A stretch of DNA of 64,000 nucleotides, taken from positions 139,453 to 203,452 of the forward strand of contig JAZDQA010000005.1 of NCBI GenBank assembly GCA_043797085.1, written 5' to 3'. Positions 10,565-21,459 of the stretch are shown piece after piece (position 1 is the first letter of the stretch; each line of letters opens with the position of its first letter). Source of the stretch: Pseudomonadota bacterium. Lineage in GTDB: Bacteria; Campylobacterota; Campylobacteria; Campylobacterales; Sulfurimonadaceae. The position numbers and the translations under genes were made by a program. The notes under the pieces are model-generated. The model was not told the origin of the DNA and made no database searches. It saw nothing but the letters and a program-made list of their open reading frames with translations.

Positions 10565-12499
10565 ATGACTGAATCACAAATATACGATACATTAAAGAAT
10601 GATGGCTTTTTAATTACCCCTTATTGCTCTTTTGGACTGACTGAAACTCCTTCGATCGATTTTTTCCCTATTGCACTCAAAATAGAGTCTGATAAGGTAG
10701 TGCATAAAAGCAATTTTGGTGCGGTCAAGCTCAATATTAACTCGATGGAAGCACTCGAAGATGCCAAAGCTGAGATTATTGCCAATATACGAGCCAAAGA
10801 TGTACTTCTCGATGCGACTGACCGATTTATCGCAACTCAGATGGTCAGCGGTATCGAACTGTATGTGGGGCTTGTGGACGATGATATATTTGGTAAAACC
10901 ATTGTCTTTGGGATGGGTGGTGTATTTTTAGAACTCTATAAAGATGTTTGTTATATCGATATTTATGCGGATGAGGCAGAGATACAACGCGCTATTGGAC
11001 TGACTAAAATATCCAAAGTCTTTGAAGGTTTCCGGAGTTTTGATTTTAGCATTAATACCGCTGTTACATTTATTCGGCGTGTCCAAAACTTTGCCAAGGC
11101 TAATCCTGACATTATAGAACTCGATTTTAATCCCGTTATACTGACCAAAGAAGGGTTGAAAATTGCCGATGCCCGTATCAAAAAAGGGGAACCAAAACCT
11201 GAAAAATTGGGAACGTTACGAGAGAATAGACCTCCGTTTTTTAGTAACGAAAGGGTTGTTCTCATCGGTGCCTCTTCAGATCCAACCAAAGTCGGTTATT
11301 CTATCGCCAAAAATTCTCTGAGTTATGGCGGTGAACTGTTTTTTGTGAATGCCAAGGGGGGTGAACTTTTCGGTAAAAAACTTTATACGAGCATTGCGCA
11401 CATAGAGGGAGATATTGATACGGCGGTTATTATGATCCCCTCAAATACTGTTATAGAGTCTATTAAAGAGTTAATTCCCAGAAATCTTAGAAATCTCATT
11501 ATCATCTCTGCAGGGTTTAAAGAAACGGGGGATAATGAGTCTGAACAGCTCATTGCAACGCTGAGTAAAGAGCACAATTTTAATGTAATCGGTCCCAACT
11601 GTTTGGGGTATCTCCATGGTGCTGAAAATCTCAATCTAACGTTTGGGATTGATGGATTAAAAAATGGAAACTTGGCACTTCTCTCCCAATCGGGTGCTGT
11701 ACTGTCTGCCCTTATGGATAAAGCGTATGATGCGGGAGTCGGTTTTTCCCATCTCGTCTCGTGCGGTAATATGGTGGATTTGGACTTTGCAGAGATGATC
11801 GATATGCTCAACCGTGAGGAGACGTGTGAAACTATCTCGATCTATGCCGAAGGGATACAAAACGGCAAAGAGTTTTTACGAGCGATTCGGGAAAGTCAAA
11901 AGAAAATCTACATCTTTAAAACAGGGAAATCCGCACAGAGTAAAAAAGCGGCTTTTTCACATACGGGCAATCTCAGCGGAAATTATGCGATGTTTAAAGG
12001 GCTTATCGAATCGGTGGGGGCAAAGATAGAGGAGAATATCGAGGCACTTTTGTTTAACCCTTCCAATGAAGTCAATAGTGTTTTAATCGTTACCAATGCC
12101 GGCGGTCCTGCTACGATCTTGACCGATTATATCATCGATCAGGGTAAAACGCTTTATACACTTAGCGACGCTGAACTCAATGCACTTAATGAAGTGCTTC
12201 CTTCCAACTGGTCCAAAAATAATCCCGTGGACATTATCGGGGATGCAATGGCAAACCGATATGAAAAGACACTGGAAGTGGTGAGCAAATTCAAGGGGGT
12301 TGATTTGATCTATCTCCTCATCACCCCTCAGCTCATGACAGACACGCTTGCCATCGTACAGTTGTGTGAGCGAGAGTGGGGCAAAAAGATATACCCGATA
12401 CTTTTGGGCGGTCATGAGATGGAAGAGGCAAAAAATTATCTCCGAAGCCGACAAAAGCTTTTTTTCAAAACCCTTCAATCGGCAACGTCGTTTTTATAG
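10565..12499 (+). CDS. Acetate/acyl-CoA ligase (ADP-forming) family, ATP-grasp domain fused N-terminal to the CoA-binding domain
   Basis: LKI..HKS and ELDFNP..IADAR (ATP-grasp), then IGAS, GPNCLG, SQSGA, SHTG, TNAGG, NNPVDIIGDA. Confidence 0.88.
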   Translation: MTESQIYDTLKNDGFLITPYCSFGLTETPSIDFFPIALKIESDKVVHKSNFGAVKLNINSMEALEDAKAEIIANIRAKDVLLDATDRFIATQMVSGIELYVGLVDDDIFGKTIVFGMGGVFLELYKDVCYIDIYADEAEIQRAIGLTKISKVFEGFRSFDFSINTAVTFIRRVQNFAKANPDIIELDFNPVILTKEGLKIADARIKKGEPKPEKLGTLRENRPPFFSNERVVLIGASSDPTKVGYSIAKNSLSYGGELFFVNAKGGELFGKKLYTSIAHIEGDIDTAVIMIPSNTVIESIKELIPRNLRNLIIISAGFKETGDNESEQLIATLSKEHNFNVIGPNCLGYLHGAENLNLTFGIDGLKNGNLALLSQSGAVLSALMDKAYDAGVGFSHLVSCGNMVDLDFAEMIDMLNREETCETISIYAEGIQNGKEFLRAIRESQKKIYIFKTGKSAQSKKAAFSHTGNLSGNYAMFKGLIESVGAKIEENIEALLFNPSNEVNSVLIVTNAGGPATILTDYIIDQGKTLYTLSDAELNALNEVLPSNWSKNNPVDIIGDAMANRYEKTLEVVSKFKGVDLIYLLITPQLMTDTLAIVQLCEREWGKKIYPILLGGHEMEEAKNYLRSRQKLFFKTLQSATSFL

Positions 12500-12507
12500 G
12501 TTGTGCT

Positions 12508-13944
12508 TTACGACGAGCAGCTCAGCTTTAGATTCTGATTTTGAGGCGGTGTGACTCCTGCGTAGCGTTCAAATTTTTCGTGTTCATCATACGGATTTTG
12601 CGCTAATAGGAGCAAGTCGTTGACGAGGGTAAAATCGTTTTTTTCGGCTAAGTCGATGGCTTCTTGGAGAATGTAGTTTTTGAGAATGTACTTGGGGTTG
12701 ACACGAAGCATCTGTGCGTGGCGGACAGCCGTCGTGGAAGTATTATTTTCTAAGCGCTTGTCATAAAGATCAAGCCATTCGTTCAACTGATTAGGAGCTA
12801 GCGTGAGGGAGAGCAAGGGAGCTCTATCTCCGTTATAACGGCTTAAAGTTCGAAAGAATGGAGTCATATCGATACGTCCGTTCTCCATCACAGTAAAAAG
12901 TGAACGGAGTAATTCTCCATCGTTTTCCTCTGCACTTTCCAGTCCCAGTTTTGCTCTTAACAGCTCCATGAGGCGGGTTGTAAAATACTCTCCGTATTTT
13001 TCGAGCTCTTTTTCCATCTTTTCTTGCGTGATGAGAGGAGAGAGGGCGCGTCCCAGTTGTGAGAGATTCCAATATCCGATACGAGGCTGATTGTCAAAAC
13101 TGTAACGCCCTTCATTATCCGTATGGTTGCAGATGTAACCGCTCTCGAAAGTATCCATAAAAGCAAACGGACCGTAATCGATGGTGATACCGATAGCGGA
13201 CATGTTATCGGTATTCATTACACCATGGTTAAATCCAACCGATTGCCAATGGGCAATCATGTGTGCGGTACGTTTGATAATTTCACCAAACATTTTTGCA
13301 TAAGCATCTTCAGTGTCAAGTAGATGAGGAAAAGACTCTTTGAGTAAAAAATCGGCGAGTTTTTCGAGCTTATCATGCGCGTTGGTGTGAAAAAAGTATT
13401 CAAAACTTCCAAATCGTATCCATGAGGGGGAGAGTCGTAAAACGATAGCCCCACGTTCCCAACTCTCTCTAGCTACTTTTTCATCGGAGCTGATAATAGC
13501 CAGTGCGCGAGAGGTCGGTATTCCCAATCCATGCATTGCTTCACTCATCAAATACTCACGTATGGAAGAGCGCAAGACAGCACGACCGTCACCTTGACGT
13601 GAATAGAGGGTTTGTCCAGAACCTTTGAGCTGTAGATTCCAGCCATTATTAGAGCCTAAGTTAATCGCACGACCATCACCCAAACGAGGGACATAATAGC
13701 CAAACTGATGACCGGAATAACACATAGCAAAGGGGCGTGAGCCTTCCAGCAAAGTTGTACCATTGAGTAAAGATTCCAATTCTTTACTATCAATTTTATC
13801 GGGATTTAAACCTAGAAGGTTGAGTGCATCGTTATTAAGACTGACGAGAGTTGGATTTTTTAAGGGTGTTGGATGCACTTCATGGTAGAAAATCGGATCA
13901 AGATCAAGATAGGGAGCGGTGAGGGTTAGGTTTGATAATTTCAT
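12508..13944 (-). CDS. selO: Protein adenylyltransferase SelO (YdiU)
   Basis: YSGHQFG, LGDGRA, QLKGSG.T.YSRQGDGRAVLRSSIRE, HGVMNTDN, IDYGPF, C-terminal SCSS. Confidence 0.95.
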   Translation of the reverse strand: MKLSNLTLTAPYLDLDPIFYHEVHPTPLKNPTLVSLNNDALNLLGLNPDKIDSKELESLLNGTTLLEGSRPFAMCYSGHQFGYYVPRLGDGRAINLGSNNGWNLQLKGSGQTLYSRQGDGRAVLRSSIREYLMSEAMHGLGIPTSRALAIISSDEKVARESWERGAIVLRLSPSWIRFGSFEYFFHTNAHDKLEKLADFLLKESFPHLLDTEDAYAKMFGEIIKRTAHMIAHWQSVGFNHGVMNTDNMSAIGITIDYGPFAFMDTFESGYICNHTDNEGRYSFDNQPRIGYWNLSQLGRALSPLITQEKMEKELEKYGEYFTTRLMELLRAKLGLESAEENDGELLRSLFTVMENGRIDMTPFFRTLSRYNGDRAPLLSLTLAPNQLNEWLDLYDKRLENNTSTTAVRHAQMLRVNPKYILKNYILQEAIDLAEKNDFTLVNDLLLLAQNPYDEHEKFERYAGVTPPQNQNLKLSCSS

Positions 13945-14006
13945 GCTAAGAGTTTTACCTCAAAAAGATAAAACCCATAGGTGTGAATTAAAGAAGTTTA
14001 TTTTTT

Positions 14007-15809
14007 TTAGGAATTTAATACAAATTTTTTCTCTTCACCTTCACGTCGAAGAGAAACTTTCGTGACTGTTCCATTGGGTGAAAGAGTATATTTTTGGGAT
14101 GTTTTAGGATCAACAAATAAAATCTGCGTGTGACCGTTATAGCTGCCGTTATGGTTGATTGTGGCGTGTAAGTCAGCATCATACAGTTTATTGAGCGCAT
14201 CTTCAATCGTGTGGATGTGATCTTCATGCTCTTTGATGACGATTTGTTCTTCACCAAGTTGCGAAAGAGCAAATTTGAATTGTTGTACGCGAACCATATC
14301 TGCTTTAACAGGAAGCTGATGATGTGCTATGGCTTCTTTTATTTTCAGTTGAGTTTGTTTGATACGATTCATTTGTTCTTTTAGCGCGAGCTCTTTGCCT
14401 AGAAGTTCTTTGCCTTTATTCTGAATATGGAGATTTGCTTTTTTTAATTCCACTTCAAGGGTGTTGATTTGTTCTTCGTATGAAGGGATTGCACGAGGAT
14501 TGATGATGAGATTATTTCCCTCACCAACAATTGTATTAATCGTAATAGAGTTAAGGGCGGTAATTTTAGCGTTGGAATAAAGAATATCGATTGTGACATG
14601 ATTGGCGATAATCTCGCCTCCCATCATTTTACTGACATGAACGGTATGGGCTTCTATTTTCCCCGCTTCTAAAATTTCTATCGTCGCATTTTTAGCTTTT
14701 AAATCACCTCGATGGAGATGAATCGTGGCATTTTCTTGGACTTCAATAAGTGATTTTTTATGGGTTTGCGCTCCGATGGTGACATCACATGCCTGAATTT
14801 TTGTGTTGCTTCCTACGGTACCTTGGACATCTAGGGTTTGAACGTCGATATTGACTCCTGAACCAACCGCATCTTTAGTCTTATCTTCATGGCTTATTTT
14901 GACATGAATATCTTTGTCGCTTCCAGCTTCTATCGAGCCTGTGTCTTTGAAGCTTGCATGTTTTAGATGAAGTTCATGTGCGATGGAAAAAATGCCATTG
15001 ACACGTTGGACGAAGCCCGATTGTGTAGCATAGAAACGAATAGAGAGGGTATCTTCTTCGGCTCGTATCGTTTTGTGGTCGATGGTAATGGCTTTGGCAT
15101 AGCGAATAAGAGGCTCACCTACGTGGAGAAATTCCCCTGTACAACTGCGTCCATTACGTCCATTGACGGCAAAAATATACTCAAAGATCAAATCATCAGG
15201 CAAAACCCCTTCAATAAGATTATTGACATGTGCCTTTGTTTTATAATGAAGTATTACTGTGTCATTTATCGGTTGTATCGGGGGAAAGAAACGTGTGACA
15301 CCCATTCGATACGGTTCTTGTAATCTTCCTTCTTTTTGAATCTTGAGAAGTAGTTGATTGATTTGGCTGTCAAGGTCACTTTCTGTGATACCGATAAGCA
15401 AGCCTGCACGAAGTTTTTTGGCACGAATTTCTTTTTTGATGTAATCTTGAATCCCTTTTTTCAGAGGGATGATGGAAGAAGGGTCAATGACTATAATGGC
15501 TTTTGTCTTGTTTTTATCCGATGCTAAAGTCAAATGAAGATCAAAATGCGGATGCGGTTGTAAGGGATGAATGATAATCTGATATTCTTGTCGAACTTCA
15601 AAAGGAGAAGCTCGTATTTCAACCTCAGTAGTTACTTCCTCTAGTCGTGAAGCATCTAAAATACGCCACTCTTCGTCCACAGTTCCCCGATAGTAGGTGT
15701 GATAGGAGAGGAGATCAAATCCGATTTTTTCAATCGGAATCCCCGCATCCTGTGCTGCTTGTGTTAATGCAGTGTTGACATTTGATGTCGTTATTTTAAA
15801 GGCTTGCAC
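14007..15809 (-). CDS. Flagellar assembly protein A (FapA/DUF342)-like protein
   Basis: Beta-helix-like small-residue repeats followed by a coiled coil; resembles Campylobacterota FapA. Confidence 0.65.
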   Translation of the reverse strand: MQAFKITTSNVNTALTQAAQDAGIPIEKIGFDLLSYHTYYRGTVDEEWRILDASRLEEVTTEVEIRASPFEVRQEYQIIIHPLQPHPHFDLHLTLASDKNKTKAIIVIDPSSIIPLKKGIQDYIKKEIRAKKLRAGLLIGITESDLDSQINQLLLKIQKEGRLQEPYRMGVTRFFPPIQPINDTVILHYKTKAHVNNLIEGVLPDDLIFEYIFAVNGRNGRSCTGEFLHVGEPLIRYAKAITIDHKTIRAEEDTLSIRFYATQSGFVQRVNGIFSIAHELHLKHASFKDTGSIEAGSDKDIHVKISHEDKTKDAVGSGVNIDVQTLDVQGTVGSNTKIQACDVTIGAQTHKKSLIEVQENATIHLHRGDLKAKNATIEILEAGKIEAHTVHVSKMMGGEIIANHVTIDILYSNAKITALNSITINTIVGEGNNLIINPRAIPSYEEQINTLEVELKKANLHIQNKGKELLGKELALKEQMNRIKQTQLKIKEAIAHHQLPVKADMVRVQQFKFALSQLGEEQIVIKEHEDHIHTIEDALNKLYDADLHATINHNGSYNGHTQILFVDPKTSQKYTLSPNGTVTKVSLRREGEEKKFVLNS

Positions 15810-15814
15810 GTGCG

Positions 15815-17524
15815 TTAAGGCTCGATAATAGAAACGGCTTTGCGTTCATGAAAACTAAAATGTTTTTCCAGATTTGAGTTGTCCAATAAGACAGGGACAA
15901 CAATCAAGGAAGCGACTACCGCTGCAATGGTACCAAAAATGAGCGAAACACCCAATCCGCCAAATACCGCATCACTTGCCAGAAGTGTAGACGCTAGAAT
16001 GATCGCTGCTGCGGTGAGGAAAATGGGTTTGGCTCTTGTTGCTGCTGCATAAGCAATCGCCTCTTTTTTGTGCATCCCTTTATCGACCATCAGTGATTTG
16101 GTAAAGTCAATGAGCAAAAGTGAATTACGTGAACTGATACCGATGAGGGCAATAAATCCTATGAGCGAGGTTGCGGTTAGGAAAAAAGTATCCGCCGTAA
16201 ACAAGTCCATAATAAAGTGACCAAAAAGTACCCCTACGATGGAGAGAAAGCTTCCAAGCAAGATGATTCCGCTAAGAACAAAGCTCTTATAATAAATAAC
16301 CATCAATAAAAAGATAAGGACGAGTGCCGCGATAAAAGCACCGCCTAAATCGACAAAGGTATCGAGAGTAACTTCCATCTCACCGTCCCAAATCAATTCA
16401 TAACGTTCTTTGGATTTTTTGTCGATGAGTTCGAGATTGAAAAGACCGATTTTATGAATCTCATACTCATCTGTAAAGGTATCTAACATAACGTTACGTG
16501 CATCCATAAGAGGATAAACTTGGGAAACCATATCGGTTTCTGCTAACACATTCGTCATTTGGTGGAGATTTTTCGTCACAATCATCGGATTGGATTTTAC
16601 CGATACGATTTCAACGACTTCGGTGAGAGGAATCATCATTCCCATGCTGTTCATCAGTTTTAGACTCGAAAGTTTAAGAGAGATTGCATTGAGATCTTTG
16701 GAGCTGAATTTTTTACTTGCAGGGTCAAGAACCAAGAAAATAGGGATCTGCTCAGATACTTCCGAAGAATTTTTAACGGCAATAGACATACCTTCAAATG
16801 CAAGGTATAAAATATCATTGACGTGTTTGATGTCTAAACCTGAGCGGGCAATTTTATCGCTGTTGACACGTACTTCGATCTTTTCAAAAATTTCATCTTG
16901 CATGATATCAATATCAACAAGTCCTTTTGTCTGTTCAAAGACACCTTGTACACGTTGGCTTAGATGTCGAATACCGGATGCATTATTGCCGTATACTTCT
17001 GCCACGATAGCGGCCATCGTTGGAGGACCTGCGGGCGGTTCAATGAATTTGATATTGGTTTGAGGGATGATGCTCTCGCATTGTTTTTGTATCTCTGGAC
17101 GAAGACGCTGCACCATCATGTATGAAGGTTCGGAACGGTCGTGTTTTTTGGTAAGATTAAGAACGACTTCCGCAACATTTTCAGAATTTTTGAAATGAGA
17201 GCCTTTGATAAGTCCTGCAAAATCAAGCGGTGAACCTGAACCTAAAAAGACTTCCATATCGAGTGCTTCAGGCTCTTTTTGAAGAATAGTGGTGACACAC
17301 TGGCTAACGCGCTGGGTTTGCTCGATCGAGCTTCCGCTTGGGAGATCAATGTAGACCGAATAGGTATCGTTGTTTTTTCCGGGGAGCATTTTTGCCATGA
17401 CAAGTTCCGTTGGTATCATCGCAATCGAGAGGATAAATGCAGCGAGCGTCAGCCAAAGAAACAGCTTTTTTTTAGACGGAGAATTAAGAACAGCCAATAG
17501 ATAATTTTCAAATTTTTGATACAT
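15815..17524 (-). CDS. RND efflux transporter permease, C-terminal half
   Basis: EPPAGPP, GEMEVT, IGFIALIGI..RNSLLLIDF, RAKPIFLT motifs. Confidence 0.88.
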   Translation of the reverse strand: MYQKFENYLLAVLNSPSKKKLFLWLTLAAFILSIAMIPTELVMAKMLPGKNNDTYSVYIDLPSGSSIEQTQRVSQCVTTILQKEPEALDMEVFLGSGSPLDFAGLIKGSHFKNSENVAEVVLNLTKKHDRSEPSYMMVQRLRPEIQKQCESIIPQTNIKFIEPPAGPPTMAAIVAEVYGNNASGIRHLSQRVQGVFEQTKGLVDIDIMQDEIFEKIEVRVNSDKIARSGLDIKHVNDILYLAFEGMSIAVKNSSEVSEQIPIFLVLDPASKKFSSKDLNAISLKLSSLKLMNSMGMMIPLTEVVEIVSVKSNPMIVTKNLHQMTNVLAETDMVSQVYPLMDARNVMLDTFTDEYEIHKIGLFNLELIDKKSKERYELIWDGEMEVTLDTFVDLGGAFIAALVLIFLLMVIYYKSFVLSGIILLGSFLSIVGVLFGHFIMDLFTADTFFLTATSLIGFIALIGISSRNSLLLIDFTKSLMVDKGMHKKEAIAYAAATRAKPIFLTAAAIILASTLLASDAVFGGLGVSLIFGTIAAVVASLIVVPVLLDNSNLEKHFSFHERKAVSIIEP

Positions 17525-19116
17525 TAGTGAGCCTCTGTAGGATGTTGAGGTTTTTTGAGCAATCGTATTGCTAAATAAGGAGTAAAGATGTAAGCAACAA
17601 AGAGCGATGCAATAAGTGCGACAGGGACATTGGCAGGGATTGGTTTCATAAACTGACCCATCATCTGACCAACAAATGCCATAGGAACCATGGTCAAAAT
17701 AATCGCGAGAGTGGCAATGTTGGTAGGTGCTCCAATCTCATCGGTGGCTTCAACCATCAGCTGATCTGCATCCCTTTCATGTGCGTTGGGGGCGTGAAAA
17801 TGGCGATGGATATTTTCAATAACGATAATAGCAGCATCGACCAGTAATCCAAGACTCAGCAAGAATGCAAAAAGGGTGATACGGTTAATCGTTTGACCTG
17901 TCAGATAGGCGATGAAAAGAGTAATCGCCAAAATCGCCGGAACGGTAAAGGTCACGATAAGCGACTCTCTCCATCCCAAAACAAAGGCAAGTAAGATAGC
18001 GATAATCACGATGGAGAGCAAGAGGTGAAAGACCAGCTCATTAACCGCTTCATTCGCGCGTTCACCGTCATTTCGGGTAATCACGTAGTGAATCCCTTGA
18101 GCTTCCATAAGCGATTTGTATTTGGTCAGCTCTGATTTAACGGCATCGGCGATGATGACGGAATTTGTCCCTTGCAGTTTTGAAACAGTTAGGGTCACTT
18201 GATCTTTGAGAGGAGAGAATTTGCCATCGCTTCCTTTGACACTCACAAGTGCGGATTTGAAGTTTTGTATGTCTTGCCCTGAAGTAACGGTGGCAACATC
18301 ACGCAAATAGATAGCAGAACCGCCGTATTGTGCAACGATAATGTTTCCGACATCGTCAACACTTTCAATCGCATTTTTGACCCCGATCATCACAATCTCA
18401 TTTGCCTCTGTTTTCCCTTTTATTTCAGGAACATTGTACGAGAGAGCTTGGATGGATTGGACGATTTGTCCCAGTGAGAGATTGTAACCTGAGAGGCGAT
18501 TAATATCGACTTGGACATTAAACTGATGTTTTTTTGCCCCCTTGATATCGGTAACAGCGACGTTAGGAAGACCGTTGATATGGTGCTGTATGAATTTGAC
18601 ACGGTCATAGAGAATAGTAGGATTGATAGCCGGATTATTGGAGTAAAAAGCGACGGATACGATGGGAATATCGACGTCAATGTCGAGAGGTTTGATAATC
18701 GGCTGCATTGCACCTTTGGGGAGAATGCCCATATTTTGCATAATTTTGTCATATATTTTAAGGTTGGAGTCCTCTTTTGCTTCACCTATAAAAAAAGCGG
18801 CATTGATGACGGCAACATTATCCATCGCCATTCCGTGGATGCTTTCAATCCCTTTTACTTCTTTGAGTTTACGCTCTAGGGGTTTGACAATAACATTTTC
18901 AATCTCTTTTGCCGTCGCACCGGGCATGGCAATGATGACGGTTGATCCACTGACCACCATTTGAGGGTTTTCTTCACGCGGCATGAGCATGAGGGCAATG
19001 TAGCCGATAATGATGAGGAATATTCCTAAAATCGGGGTAAGCGGATTGCGTAAAAAACCAAGAGCGAGTTTTCCTGCAGAATCTTTGGGATGATAAGGTG
19101 TGCTATGAGACATCAA
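17524..19116 (-). CDS. RND efflux transporter permease, N-terminal half
   Basis: PREENPQ, PGATAKEIE, LGLLVDAAIIVIENIHR motifs; stop overlaps the next start (TAATG). Confidence 0.88.
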   Translation of the reverse strand: MMSHSTPYHPKDSAGKLALGFLRNPLTPILGIFLIIIGYIALMLMPREENPQMVVSGSTVIIAMPGATAKEIENVIVKPLERKLKEVKGIESIHGMAMDNVAVINAAFFIGEAKEDSNLKIYDKIMQNMGILPKGAMQPIIKPLDIDVDIPIVSVAFYSNNPAINPTILYDRVKFIQHHINGLPNVAVTDIKGAKKHQFNVQVDINRLSGYNLSLGQIVQSIQALSYNVPEIKGKTEANEIVMIGVKNAIESVDDVGNIIVAQYGGSAIYLRDVATVTSGQDIQNFKSALVSVKGSDGKFSPLKDQVTLTVSKLQGTNSVIIADAVKSELTKYKSLMEAQGIHYVITRNDGERANEAVNELVFHLLLSIVIIAILLAFVLGWRESLIVTFTVPAILAITLFIAYLTGQTINRITLFAFLLSLGLLVDAAIIVIENIHRHFHAPNAHERDADQLMVEATDEIGAPTNIATLAIILTMVPMAFVGQMMGQFMKPIPANVPVALIASLFVAYIFTPYLAIRLLKKPQHPTEAH

Positions 19117-19121
19117 AACTC

Positions 19122-19907
19122 CTAATTTAATTCAACAGTAGCGTACATTCCAGGGTAGACGGTTTGTTTTGCGCTAAAGGAGACTTTGATTTTAAACGTA
19201 TGGGTCATAGGATTAGAGCTTGGGACAACAGAGCTGATGGTTCCGATTCCCACAAAACCTGTTGAAGGAATTGAGACTTTTACTTTTTTACCGATAGGAG
19301 CCATTTTTAGAGCACTTTCTGCCACTTCTACTTCGATTTTAAGAGTCGATAAATCGGACAATACGATTGCAGGCATCCCTGGCATTGCCATTTCGCCTAC
19401 TTTGATGTTTTTAGAGATTACTACTCCGTTGTTTGGAGCTTTGATTTGTAAATATTGGTATTGATTGGTAACTTCTTTTTGGCGAGCTTTCGCTTGAGAG
19501 ACTTGGCGCTCGGAAATCTTGATCGTATTTCTAAGATTTTTTTCGGCAAGTTCAAGATTTTCAAGTTCATAACGACTTACCATGTCTTGTTGGTACAAGC
19601 GACGGTGGCGTTCAAGATTCACTTTGAGATTTTCATACTGATTTTGATACATTTGTTGCGCCAACTCTGCTTGAGCGATACCCATCTCTACTTGGGTTTT
19701 AGCGGAATCGATTTCGCGTGAATCAATTGTATAAAGCAAATCTCCTTTACGAACACGTGAACCCTCAGAGACGTTTACCGAGGTGACAAAGCCCATATTA
19801 CGACTGGTAATCATTTTTTGGTTGTCGGAGATAATGACACCGGAAAGAATAAGCCCAGCTGCGTTTAAAGCTGCACCTAGGGCGAGAAGAGAGAAGATGA
19901 TTTTCAT
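19122..19907 (-). CDS. RND periplasmic adaptor (membrane fusion protein)
   Basis: Lipoyl half-motifs (V.EGSRVRKGDLL; IKAPNNGVV) around a coiled coil; PGMYATV. Confidence 0.9.
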   Translation of the reverse strand: MKIIFSLLALGAALNAAGLILSGVIISDNQKMITSRNMGFVTSVNVSEGSRVRKGDLLYTIDSREIDSAKTQVEMGIAQAELAQQMYQNQYENLKVNLERHRRLYQQDMVSRYELENLELAEKNLRNTIKISERQVSQAKARQKEVTNQYQYLQIKAPNNGVVISKNIKVGEMAMPGMPAIVLSDLSTLKIEVEVAESALKMAPIGKKVKVSIPSTGFVGIGTISSVVPSSNPMTHTFKIKVSFSAKQTVYPGMYATVELN

Positions 19908-21274
19908 TGATTGGCTCCATAGCTTAGTTTTTCAAGGGCAAAAATACGTTCATTTCGTTGATTTTTAACCATTTGAAGATTGATAATTTTTTCGATTTGC
20001 TGAGATTGTTTGATGATAAGATCACTCATCGATGTGAGATTCTCACGATAGCGTCCTTCATAACTTTTATAGATTTGGGTTGAGAGGTTGAGTTCTTTTT
20101 CCAAACTTGCTACTTGATAGTCCAAGCTTTCGATTTCGGTTTGGATTTTGTCATACTGGAGGGCAATCCCTTTTTTGGCGAGTTCCACTTCGGTTGACGT
20201 TTTAAGATGATCAATCCGTGCCTTTTCCAGAGTATGTGCATCAATTCCGCCGTTGTACAAGTTCCAGCTTAGACGTGCGCCGATCGTGTAGGCAGCATGG
20301 TCGCTGAATTTTCCTAAAAACGTATTGTCAGCACTGGATGCTTCGGCAAATGCACCCACAGTCGGAAGATAAGGAGCCGTTGCCACATCAAGCATGGAGG
20401 AGCGAATTTTCAATCCATGAGAGGCTTTTTTGAGGTCACTGTTATTCGCGATAACATCCGCTTCTGTAATTGCAGCAGAAGCACGATCATCTGAAGGTGC
20501 TGCTATGTCGGTAACTTTTTGGTTTAGGAGAAAGCTTAAATAGTGGTAGAGAAGTTTTTTGTTGGCTTGCATTTCCAAAATCATCCGATCGACATTTGCT
20601 TTTTTGGCTTCGACTTCGAGTAAATCAACTTTTTTGGCATATCCTTCTTGCAACATCTGCTTTGTTGTGGATTGCAATGTTGCGATGTTTTTTTGAATCA
20701 CTTGTAATTTTTCAATAGAGTGATTGAGAAGAGCCATATCGTAGTAGCTTTTTCGGGTTTCGTAGATTTTTTCTGCTGTTACCTTGGTGGTGTCAAGCTG
20801 TTTGATCTTTTCCATCTCTTGAGCTATTTTTTCATAACTGCCCAGTTTCCCACCCGTATAAAGGGGAACAGCGTAAGTGAGCTTGCTTTGAAAAAAGTTT
20901 TGGTAGCCGGGGTAATTTAGATTTTTAGGTGGTGTTACATAATCTGGTCCACTAGGATTAGCAGTACTGGCCATAAATTCTTGAGCCCCGAAATCCCCAA
21001 ACGTAGCTTCGCGTGAACTGAGTTTAAATCCAAACACATTTCCTGCATCATTGGAGCGGATAACATTTTGAGTAAAATCAAGCGCACCATAACTGTAACC
21101 TTGAGAAAGGGATACATCATTTTGTGCGTTTTTAGCTTCCAGCGAGGCTGCTTTTATCTCTAAATTTTGTTCTTTAAGCAGTGAAATCGCCTCATTTAGA
21201 GACAATGGAGCTGCACCGAGGTTGAGAACACTTAGAAGTAACGCAAGTGTTAATCGTTGTGTGGGAGATGCCAT
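19904..21274 (-). CDS. TolC-family outer membrane protein
   Basis: Signal peptide, PLYTGG and WNLYNGG motifs, first gene of the RND operon. Confidence 0.88.
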   Translation of the reverse strand: MASPTQRLTLALLLSVLNLGAAPLSLNEAISLLKEQNLEIKAASLEAKNAQNDVSLSQGYSYGALDFTQNVIRSNDAGNVFGFKLSSREATFGDFGAQEFMASTANPSGPDYVTPPKNLNYPGYQNFFQSKLTYAVPLYTGGKLGSYEKIAQEMEKIKQLDTTKVTAEKIYETRKSYYDMALLNHSIEKLQVIQKNIATLQSTTKQMLQEGYAKKVDLLEVEAKKANVDRMILEMQANKKLLYHYLSFLLNQKVTDIAAPSDDRASAAITEADVIANNSDLKKASHGLKIRSSMLDVATAPYLPTVGAFAEASSADNTFLGKFSDHAAYTIGARLSWNLYNGGIDAHTLEKARIDHLKTSTEVELAKKGIALQYDKIQTEIESLDYQVASLEKELNLSTQIYKSYEGRYRENLTSMSDLIIKQSQQIEKIINLQMVKNQRNERIFALEKLSYGANQ

Positions 21275-21459
21275 TGGGAGAAACCCTCCTTGTGATTTAT
21301 TTGTGATACTTATAGCTTAGATAAGATAATTATACTATTTACAAGTTTAAAAGAGTCAAAATATTCATAATCTACCTAAGATGATACCATAAAAATATGA
21401 GGGTTTGATATTCAAAGCCAATTAGGGTAAAATTCGGATAATTATATACAGGGGAAGAC

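Noticed and set aside
12508..12520. Selenocysteine readthrough in SelO
   Set aside because: The C-terminus is encoded as Cys-Ser-Ser followed by TAA, with no in-frame TGA.
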